Positions 1-7,299 of a stretch of 43,668 nt of DNA are shown here, piece by piece. This stretch comes from a virus (Duplodnaviria; Caudoviricetes). Position numbers and translations under genes: made by a program. The notes beneath the pieces were generated by a model that did no database searches, had not been told where the DNA came from, and saw nothing but the letters and a program-made list of their open reading frames with translations. How positions within the stretch are numbered: position 1 is the stretch's first letter; each line of letters starts with the position of its first letter. The stretch spans positions 1-43,668 of the IMG/VR virus record IMGVR_UViG_3300033067_000741. One strand, written 5' to 3'.

Positions 1-846
1 TGATTTATTTATCTTCTTAACAGTTTCAGCATTTCGTGGTTCGTTATCATAGATAACTACCAATTTGTCCTTTTCTATATGAGAAAGGGCCGAAACTATA
101 TCAGAACCGGCTGAAGCAACACAATTATCCACGAAAAATGAATCAATTGGTCCTTCAACACAATATATGTCTTTTTGCATATCTACTTTGTCTAAACCAA
201 ATATTTTTGGCTTTGAATAATCAAAAAGAATTGTTATATATCTTACTTCAGCATTAGGATCGAATGATCTACCTTGAACACCAAATAATTTTTTATCAGC
301 ATCAAAGAAAGGAATGATCAATCTAGTTTCATCATTATCTAATGATTTTTCTGAAAACTTTTCAGGAATAATATCATTAATCCATCTGTAAAAATTTTCA
401 CATAGATATAATTCTTCCATCTTGTCATCGGGAATTTTTCTAGATTTAACGTATTTCTTAGCATAATGATCGTCTGGTAATCTAGATATTTTCTTTAATT
501 TTGATAAAAAGGGATCAGCAATAAAAACAGGTTTTGAGGTTTCATAATCCTCATCATTGTTTTTATTTGGTTTTAACTCTGCCAATTTTTCTATGATCAT
601 TTCTTTATATAGTTGTTCATCAAGTTTTTTAATGAACGTTTCAGTATTCATAGATTCGTTGCAGTTGTGGCAAAAAAATACTGATTTATTTGATTTATCA
701 AATATGTAACCTCTTGCTTTTCTTTGATTATCTTTCGAATCACCACAAAAAGGACAGGAGAAATTATATAGATTTCCAGATTTTTTGGTGAAGTTTCGAA
801 GTCTAAAAGACAAAAGATTAATATATTTATGTTCTAACCAATTCAT
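1..846 (-). CDS. 61: DNA primase (T4 gp61-like), 3' end outside window
   Basis: Not in ORF track; read manually from ATG at 846: MNWLEHKYINLLSFRLRNFTKKSGNLYNFSCPFCGDSKDNQRKARGY...FFCHNC (Zn ribbon), later YIVEGPIDSFF TOPRIM motif; frame open to the window edge. Confidence 0.93.
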   Translation of the reverse strand, partial: MNWLEHKYINLLSFRLRNFTKKSGNLYNFSCPFCGDSKDNQRKARGYIFDKSNKSVFFCHNCNESMNTETFIKKLDEQLYKEMIIEKLAELKPNKNNDEDYETSKPVFIADPFLSKLKKISRLPDDHYAKKYVKSRKIPDDKMEELYLCENFYRWINDIIPEKFSEKSLDNDETRLIIPFFDADKKLFGVQGRSFDPNAEVRYITILFDYSKPKIFGLDKVDMQKDIYCVEGPIDSFFVDNCVASAGSDIVSALSHIEKDKLVVIYDNEPRNAETVKKINKS

Positions 847-873
847 GCACTGATACCCTTATACGAAAAGAGC

Positions 874-902
874 ATCATACATCATATATCAGTTAGTGTC
901 AA
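874..902 (-). promoter_or_regulatory. sigma70-type promoter for primase
   Basis: TTGACA (897-902), 17 bp, TATGAT (874-879) on minus strand, about 28 nt before the ATG. Confidence 0.7.
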
Positions 903-1174
903 GGATTCGATTTGTTAAACAGCCTTCCTTGAACAGCCATATCATGAATGTCTCTAGCTATTGATTCTAGGCTTATTTTCATTGATTCTAGATTTTCAGC
1001 ACCATCCGAGATTTTTGTTAATGGATCAGCAATTGGTGTAATTGCATCTTTTAATTTATCTGCTGTTTCTTTTTCAGCTTTATCAGCGTGGCTTTTAATC
1101 CAAGAAGCTACGGCAGTCAGTATAGCAATTACTAATGCTATAAATGCTGCTTGCAGTTCAGGCGTAAAAATCAT
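899..1174 (-). CDS. small membrane protein, one N-terminal TM helix plus coiled coil
   Basis: AAFIALVIAILTAVASWI hydrophobic helix then charged helical tail; overlaps upstream gene. Confidence 0.65.
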   Translation of the reverse strand: MIFTPELQAAFIALVIAILTAVASWIKSHADKAEKETADKLKDAITPIADPLTKISDGAENLESMKISLESIARDIHDMAVQGRLFNKSNP

Positions 1175-1559
1175 ATTTCAAATCCCTTGTTGCGTTGTAA
1201 ATAACTCTTAACTCGAATATAGCCATTACAAAACAAAAGGTAGCACCAAAAAGTGCTGATGATAATATAAAAGTTGTGGTAATTAGTGAGAATACTGATA
1301 TTCCAACAAATGCACCAAACAACCGAGCGATAGGGGAACCTTTAGGAGCCTGTCCATTAATAAATAATGCAAAAGCCCTTAAACAACCAGTCAATAAAAA
1401 TAATAACCCCCACATTGGTTCTGACATTAATTTTAACATGTTTACAAATGCATAACTATGCATAGTATCAATAGGCAACAATAACACAATACCTAATAAC
1501 ACCATTAATATTGAATGTTGCCATTCAACCGTTCTGTACGGATAATTAAAATTTATCAT
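1158..1559 (-). CDS. 4-TM membrane protein (holin candidate)
   Basis: Four hydrophobic segments in 133 aa; ATG overlaps upstream stop; function is inference only. Confidence 0.6.
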   Translation of the reverse strand: MINFNYPYRTVEWQHSILMVLLGIVLLLPIDTMHSYAFVNMLKLMSEPMWGLLFLLTGCLRAFALFINGQAPKGSPIARLFGAFVGISVFSLITTTFILSSALFGATFCFVMAIFELRVIYNATRDLKYDFYA

Positions 1560-1708
1560 TTAGTCTTTCCTTCTAATGGTTTTCTTTTTACTGTTGCCAA
1601 TAGAATTTGACGTAGTTTTTTTCTTTTAACGCCGGGCTCGCCTTTTTGACCCACACCTATCCCATCGATATTTCCAGCACCAGCGTTATTTACAGGAACT
1701 TCAGACAT
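1556..1708 (-). CDS. 50-aa hypothetical protein
   Basis: Manual read MSEVPVNNAGAGNIDGIGVGQKGEPGVKRKKLRQILLATVKRKPLEGKTK; fills the gap exactly with TAATG and ATGA overlaps. Confidence 0.75.
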   Translation of the reverse strand: MSEVPVNNAGAGNIDGIGVGQKGEPGVKRKKLRQILLATVKRKPLEGKTK

Positions 1709-2100
1709 TATATTTTTCTTAAAACCTCTATTATTTTTTTATCCATGGGAATGTTGTCAGTATAAATTATATCATGATCGCCAATATTATAAATTTTTTC
1801 TGGTAACACATTTAGTAATATTAAAAATGGTTTGACATATTTCATTTGGTCATACATTTTTAAAAATAATATCCTACACAATATATCCGGCTTGAATACG
1901 TTATGTAGGACTATAATATGATTTAAAATTAATCGTTCTTTTAAATCACCTGTTTCAATATATCTAGTAATTAATTTTTTAATATATTTAATTCGCTTTA
2001 TATCTTCTAAAAATTCTTGTGTATCATCACATTGTGGGTTATCATAATGTTTAGCACAAAATATTAAAAAATTATCATTTGTTAATCTATCATTAGACAT
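1708..2100 (-). CDS. conserved T4-like phage hypothetical protein
   Basis: NFLIFCAKHYDNPQC...EFLEDIKRIKYIKKL...LKERLILNHII pattern recognised from genes upstream of primase in cyanophage-type T4-likes. Confidence 0.8.
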   Translation of the reverse strand: MSNDRLTNDNFLIFCAKHYDNPQCDDTQEFLEDIKRIKYIKKLITRYIETGDLKERLILNHIIVLHNVFKPDILCRILFLKMYDQMKYVKPFLILLNVLPEKIYNIGDHDIIYTDNIPMDKKIIEVLRKI

Positions 2101-2405
2101 TAAAAACTCGATAATGCTACTCTTTTAATAGAATTATTTCCTACTGCAATATATAGATAGTCAGAGTCAAACCATATAGTATTATTTGCTACAGTAATTG
2201 TAGAATTTGCGGGAGTTGATCTTTTGGTTACTAATAAATTATTTGCAACTACTGTTAGATTAGCAGTGTTTGTAAATAATACATCAACATTAACAACTCT
2301 TGTTTCTGGTGAAGTGGTAGGATTAACTACCACTACCAATTTAGCGTCTCTAGCTAAGGAATTTGCAACAGGCAATTCCGTAATTTTTTTTGATTGTTCT
2401 GTCAT
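2100..2405 (-). CDS. putative small virion structural protein
   Basis: KKITELP N-terminus, Asn/Thr/Val-rich, IWFDSDYLYIAV...KRVAL C-terminus typical of fibre-associated proteins; in a late-promoter operon. Confidence 0.6.
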   Translation of the reverse strand: MTEQSKKITELPVANSLARDAKLVVVVNPTTSPETRVVNVDVLFTNTANLTVVANNLLVTKRSTPANSTITVANNTIWFDSDYLYIAVGNNSIKRVALSSF

Positions 2406-2420
2406 AATAACTACCTAAAA

Positions 2421-2963
2421 TTAAGCGTTATTAAATACTGTGTTTTCTGAATCACCAGTAATAGAAGTCATGGCAACTAAAGTTTCCATTGAAACTCTAC
2501 CAGCACGACCACCTAATGTTACAGTAACGTTTGCATTAGTACCAGCAGATGTAGTAATTGCTCTTGTCAATGATGCAGTATTAGTGAAACCAGAACCAAA
2601 ATTAGAAAAGGTAACATTAATAATACCACCAGTTGAGTTAGTAGTTAAGTTAGCAACTGCATTAATAGTACCACCAGAAACAGTTAATACATCGGCATTA
2701 GCATAACCAGTACCGCCATTAGCAATAGCAAATCCATTTACTGGTCCTGTTCCTTGTTTTACAACTACCCAACCCGGATGAGCAACACCTGTGTTTAATC
2801 CAGCTTCAGTTACATCAACTGCAAAGACACCATCAACTTCACCTGTGACAAAAGCGTCAACAGAAGTGTTATTAAACATGGTTTCGCCATTAGCAGTGTT
2901 TAATGGTAATACTTGATATTTTGGAGCATTATTTGCTGTATCTTCATTTCCCCATAGAGGCAT
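2421..2963 (-). CDS. putative virion structural/decoration protein
   Basis: MPLWG start, AHPGWV, GRV-x-ETLVAM end, ANGGTGY beta-repeat insertion; late promoter upstream. Confidence 0.7.
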   Translation of the reverse strand: MPLWGNEDTANNAPKYQVLPLNTANGETMFNNTSVDAFVTGEVDGVFAVDVTEAGLNTGVAHPGWVVVKQGTGPVNGFAIANGGTGYANADVLTVSGGTINAVANLTTNSTGGIINVTFSNFGSGFTNTASLTRAITTSAGTNANVTVTLGGRAGRVSMETLVAMTSITGDSENTVFNNA

Positions 2964-2998
2964 ATTGTTTATTCCTTATTAGTTAAAACTATTTCTTA

Positions 2999-3006
2999 TA
3001 TTTATT
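2999..3006 (-). promoter_or_regulatory. T4-type late promoter (AATAAATA)
   Basis: Variant of TATAAATA about 35 nt before the ATG at 2963. Confidence 0.6.
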
Positions 3007-3018
3007 ATTATTTGATCA

Positions 3019-3675
3019 TTAAGCTTCTGCATGAAGATGCTTAATGTTGCTAATATGATGAATACCTATATGTTTATCGTCTTTAGTCTTGACAGATACA
3101 TATTGCATAGAAGGCGAAACTTGGGTAACTACGCCTTCTTTACCAGAATGTTTGTGTTCGCCATAAATTTTTACTCTCATACCATTTTCAGGTCTAAGAT
3201 TGTGGTTTTCTCTGTTCATCTTTTTTTGATTTTTATAATACTTAATGCCTTCATTATAGGCATGTTCATGGGCAGACATAATTAATTTTGCAGAGTCTTT
3301 ACTTTCATTCAATGATTCTAAATCATTATCTAATTCTTTTCTGGCAAAGCCACCAGAAATATATGAATTAACTCTGTTAAATGAAAATTCAGTTCTTGAA
3401 ATGTTTGATTCTATTTGTTCCCATACAAAACAACCACGCAAAAATACTTCCTCTAATATAGAGAAAGGTATTTCAGAGGTTTCTGATTTCTTTGTTAAGG
3501 ATTTTTTGATTTTTTCGTCGATGTATAAATCATACTTCATCTTCATTGTAGTATCTTCTACAATTTGATGGGCGTGATCTTTCAAAGGATTTACGGCAGT
3601 AGTTTGCTCAACAACGTTATTTAGCCGAAGATTTTTATCACTTGATAAGAGTTTTTTTACTATTTCTTTAGTCAT
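3019..3675 (-). CDS. hypothetical late protein with C-terminal KOW/SH3-like His-rich domain
   Basis: Preferred start 3675 (MTKEIV, AAGGGGA SD) rather than 3711; middle LTKKS...IPFSILEEVFLRG..W...FNRVNSYISGG; end GMRVKIYGEHKHSGKEGVV. Confidence 0.7.
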   Translation of the reverse strand: MTKEIVKKLLSSDKNLRLNNVVEQTTAVNPLKDHAHQIVEDTTMKMKYDLYIDEKIKKSLTKKSETSEIPFSILEEVFLRGCFVWEQIESNISRTEFSFNRVNSYISGGFARKELDNDLESLNESKDSAKLIMSAHEHAYNEGIKYYKNQKKMNRENHNLRPENGMRVKIYGEHKHSGKEGVVTQVSPSMQYVSVKTKDDKHIGIHHISNIKHLHAEA

Positions 3676-3748
3676 TGGTAAGTTCCCCTTGGGTTGATTG
3701 ACCATGAGCAAACAGGTCTGCCGTAACCTTACTGTTTTGCTAACCTAT

Positions 3749-3756
3749 TATTTATA
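3749..3756 (-). promoter_or_regulatory. T4 late promoter TATAAATA
   Basis: Exact consensus in intergenic region. Confidence 0.8.
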
Positions 3757-3761
3757 TATAA

Positions 3762-4400
3762 TTAATGTTTACCATCATATATATAAAAAGTATCAGCATT
3801 TATTTGTTTTAATTTTTTATAGTAAAAAAACCTTAAATAATCTTCTATTTCTTTTGTTCCGTTTTCACATACAATTAATGGTCTAAAAGTATCTATAGTA
3901 TATGTAGCGCCAGCCAAAGCATTAGCTTCATATCCTTCAATATCTAATAAAATCATATCACAATGGGTTAAACATAAATCATCAATCATAAATTGTGGAA
4001 TGATACCACCATCGACAACTTTATGCATACCTACATTATCCATAGATGCCCTATTAACAGAAACCATTTTATGTCTATCACCTAAAGCACCATTAATCTT
4101 AATGATATTATCAGATTGACAATTGTTAACTAAACAATAAAAATTTAAAGGGTCTGGTTCAAAGGTATAAACTAATTTGAATATTTTTGATAGTAGTTTA
4201 GGATACATTCCTAAACCACCACCAGCTTGAACAACACAATCTTTACCTTTTGTTAATTCAATATATTCTTTTTTAAATAATTCTTCCCATTCTCTGGACG
4301 GACCATTCCATATACCTGTTTCATTATTAATCCAAGTCCATCCAGTTTCACCATCAACAGTTTCATTTCTTATATATGTTTGATCAAAGTATGTCTTCAT
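3762..4400 (-). CDS. FkbM-family SAM-dependent methyltransferase
   Basis: VVQAGGGLG, VYTFEPDPLNF, INGALG, CDMILLDIEGYE, PLIVCE motifs. Confidence 0.88.
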   Translation of the reverse strand: MKTYFDQTYIRNETVDGETGWTWINNETGIWNGPSREWEELFKKEYIELTKGKDCVVQAGGGLGMYPKLLSKIFKLVYTFEPDPLNFYCLVNNCQSDNIIKINGALGDRHKMVSVNRASMDNVGMHKVVDGGIIPQFMIDDLCLTHCDMILLDIEGYEANALAGATYTIDTFRPLIVCENGTKEIEDYLRFFYYKKLKQINADTFYIYDGKH

Positions 4401-4590
4401 TTGTTTTAATCTTTACATGTAACATTGATGGAAACATAAAAAATGTTGGTGTATTGCCATCGAAACCACCACCTAAATTTAGATTTCTCATAACAGATTT
4501 TAACTCTTTTATGTCATCAAATTTAGCAATCTTTTGGGAAGTGTCTTTTTCAAATATAGTGTTATCGCTTTTTTCATGATAGTAATTCAT
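4384..4590 (-). CDS. hypothetical protein
   Basis: 68 aa coupled to gp41 stop; LNLGGGFDGNTPTFF motif. Confidence 0.7.
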   Translation of the reverse strand: MNYYHEKSDNTIFEKDTSQKIAKFDDIKELKSVMRNLNLGGGFDGNTPTFFMFPSMLHVKIKTNEDIL

Positions 4591-5996
4591 TAGAAAAATC
4601 CTTTCATTTTATTAGTGTCAAATTTTGAAGAAACATTACTAAAACCATTGTCAGCTTCCATAAATGATCCTTTATCCATTACTGGTATATCAGAACCAAC
4701 TATATCTTTTTGTGCTTCTTCTTCTACATCATATAGCCTCATTTTGCTCTTATCAGAACCAAGAACAAATCGTCTATAATAATCCAAAGGTCCATATCTA
4801 TTTTTCAATTGTTTAACTAATATTTGACCCAACGATTCTAACTTTTCATTAGTAGCTAGAGCAAACATAAGGTCAACAGTGAAAGGCAAACCAATAGATT
4901 CAGAAGTGTTGGACAATTCAATATCAGAATTATCTAAACCTTCTCTGTTAGTTTGGGTAGCAGTAACAATAGGCAAATTAAATTCTACAGCTAACCCTCT
5001 CAATTCTTCAGATATAATCTTAATATATTGATAAGAGTTCATGTTAGCACCCATCTTTACCCTTGATGAACAACATATATTAATATAATCAATATAAATG
5101 ATATCAGGGATAAACTTTTCTTTCAGCTTCAATTCATTCAACAAATGTCTAAAATTTGCTGAACCAGCAGTTGAAGTTGGATATTCTTTAATCTTAAGCT
5201 TACCTAATGTTCTAGATTTTACTCTTAAGATTTTTTCTTCAAAGATTGCTTTAGGTAAATATGCCAATTCTTTAATTGGAACGTTCAATAGATTAGCATC
5301 AATACGTTCGGCAATCTTTTCTTCAGCCATTTCCATAGTGATGTATAATACATTTTTACCCATCATCAAATTAGCCGCAGCACAATGACACATAAAGAAA
5401 GATTTACCAACACCAGTACCAGCAATTACAACTGATAATGTTTTGTTAGATAATCCTCCATCAGTAATCTTGTTCAAAATGTCTAAATCAAACGGTATCT
5501 TGTTTTCTTTCTTATGATAAAATTCATAACGTTCTTCCCAATCATCCAAGAAATCATGGCCTATGTTTTCATCAAAAGATACAGACAATGCCTTTTCTAA
5601 AATAGAAGGAATTGCCTCTTTAGTAATATCACCTTGTTTACCATCCCATATTTGATATGCATCAACAATGGCTTTACCTAATGCTTTATTCTTACAAAAA
5701 TCTTCTGTTTGATCGACTAACCATTCATAATTTTCTTCTTCACTTTTTAAATTATCAATAATTTGTTTACAATTGGTTTCTAACCTTTGTTCAATATTCT
5801 TGGCTTTAGACAACTCAATGTGTAAGATTTCTTTAGATGGTAATTTATTATACTTAAGTATAAAGTGATTAATTAATTCATATATAATTCTTTCTGATGG
5901 TTCAGAAAAATAATCCCCTTGTAAATAGGGGATTACCTTTCTTGAGTATTGTTCGTTTTCTATAAGATTTGATAATATTACTTTTTCTAAATTCAT
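4590..5996 (-). CDS. 41: replicative DNA helicase (gp41, DnaB family)
   Basis: AGTGVGKS Walker A, YITMEMAEEKIAERIDA, IYIDYIN, TATQTNR, QLKNRY. Confidence 0.97.
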   Translation of the reverse strand: MNLEKVILSNLIENEQYSRKVIPYLQGDYFSEPSERIIYELINHFILKYNKLPSKEILHIELSKAKNIEQRLETNCKQIIDNLKSEEENYEWLVDQTEDFCKNKALGKAIVDAYQIWDGKQGDITKEAIPSILEKALSVSFDENIGHDFLDDWEERYEFYHKKENKIPFDLDILNKITDGGLSNKTLSVVIAGTGVGKSFFMCHCAAANLMMGKNVLYITMEMAEEKIAERIDANLLNVPIKELAYLPKAIFEEKILRVKSRTLGKLKIKEYPTSTAGSANFRHLLNELKLKEKFIPDIIYIDYINICCSSRVKMGANMNSYQYIKIISEELRGLAVEFNLPIVTATQTNREGLDNSDIELSNTSESIGLPFTVDLMFALATNEKLESLGQILVKQLKNRYGPLDYYRRFVLGSDKSKMRLYDVEEEAQKDIVGSDIPVMDKGSFMEADNGFSNVSSKFDTNKMKGFF

Positions 5997-7018
5997 TATT
6001 CGCCCGGTACTAGTTTAAATTCATTTCTTACAAATTTCTTAAATTTATCGTTCTTTAATAAAGCTTCATAAAATTCTTCAGTAATATCCTTTTCTCTAAT
6101 CTTCTTTTCATCAATTTCACCAGTTTCTAAATCGATCATTTGATACCATCCTGCCGGCATTTTATTTACTAGCTTAGATTCAACTGCTAAATCTAATAAT
6201 GATGAATATCTATCAATACCTTCTTCATAATCCACATGGAATTTGAATTTTGTTTTTTCCCTAACGAAACGTGATTTATCAATTGTAAGAGTGTAATACC
6301 ATCCTTCAATCTCGCCAGTTGAAGCATTCTTATCTTGTGCTTTAGAGAAAAAGAATACAGTGTTAGGCATAAAGGTCATGGCAGTACCACCACCTTGAAT
6401 TGTTTTGGCATACATTTCCATAGTTTCATATGTATGGTTAATCAAAATGCCGGGAATATCTTTAAAGGTAAAATGTGGTGTAATAATTCTTAATAATGAT
6501 CTAAGTGCTTTAGCACGAGACATATCAGCAGCAGAATTATCATTTAATGCGTCATCTACTTCTTTCTTAGATGGAAGGGCACCAATTGAGTCAACCAGAA
6601 CAAAAACCTTGTCACCACGATTAATTTGATCTAAACGTTTAACCATATCAAATTTCAATTGTTCGACATGCATAACAGGAATTTGAATTACTTTAGATGG
6701 ATTAATACCAATAGATTTAATATAATCAGGAGTTAATGAACCTTCGGAATCGAAGATCATAATTACTGAATTTTCATATTTATCTTGGTAAGCTTTGGCA
6801 CAAAATAAAGCCAATAGTGTTTTATAGGTTTTTGATGGGCCGGCAAATACGCTCAAACCGGGAACCATACCTTCATCTAAATCGCCAGAAAAGGCCATAT
6901 TTAAAATTGGTAGGTCGGTAGGAATCATATCTCTTTTGCTATACAATGGAGAATCGGATAGGATGGCAGCATTCTCAATTGAACCCGCCTTTAATAGTTT
7001 GTCTAATAGTGTTGTCAT
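5996..7018 (-). CDS. uvsX: RecA-like recombinase UvsX
   Basis: AGPSKTYKT, FDSE, VDSIGAL, DMSRAK, INHTY, GGGT; position between gp43 and gp41. Confidence 0.96.
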   Translation of the reverse strand: MTTLLDKLLKAGSIENAAILSDSPLYSKRDMIPTDLPILNMAFSGDLDEGMVPGLSVFAGPSKTYKTLLALFCAKAYQDKYENSVIMIFDSEGSLTPDYIKSIGINPSKVIQIPVMHVEQLKFDMVKRLDQINRGDKVFVLVDSIGALPSKKEVDDALNDNSAADMSRAKALRSLLRIITPHFTFKDIPGILINHTYETMEMYAKTIQGGGTAMTFMPNTVFFFSKAQDKNASTGEIEGWYYTLTIDKSRFVREKTKFKFHVDYEEGIDRYSSLLDLAVESKLVNKMPAGWYQMIDLETGEIDEKKIREKDITEEFYEALLKNDKFKKFVRNEFKLVPGE

Positions 7019-7070
7019 TTTATTTCCTTGGTTGTTGTTTTATTTAACGTAAGTAACTAACTCACGATAT

Positions 7071-7078
7071 TATTTATG
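7071..7078 (-). promoter_or_regulatory. late-promoter-like CATAAATA upstream of uvsX
   Basis: One mismatch to TATAAATA in the 62-nt intergenic gap. Confidence 0.45.
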
Positions 7079-7080
7079 CC

Positions 7081-7299
7081 CTAAAGTTTATCTATCTTTG
7101 CTATAAACTTTTTTATTTTTTCCACTCTATCGGGCCATAATATATAATCCTTTTCAGGATTTGCCATTAAATTTTCAAGTAATGGCATAATCATTTTCTT
7201 TAATTCATTGAATTTCTTTTCCCAATCGTTTCCTTTAGTAATATCATTTTCATCAACGATTGAAAATCCGAAATCATCTTCGTCTTCTATCATATCCAT
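7081..7299 (-). CDS. small hypothetical protein
   Basis: DDFGFSIVDE...IMPLLENL..NPEKDYILWPDR; overlaps gp43 end. Confidence 0.75.
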   Translation of the reverse strand: MDMIEDEDDFGFSIVDENDITKGNDWEKKFNELKKMIMPLLENLMANPEKDYILWPDRVEKIKKFIAKIDKL

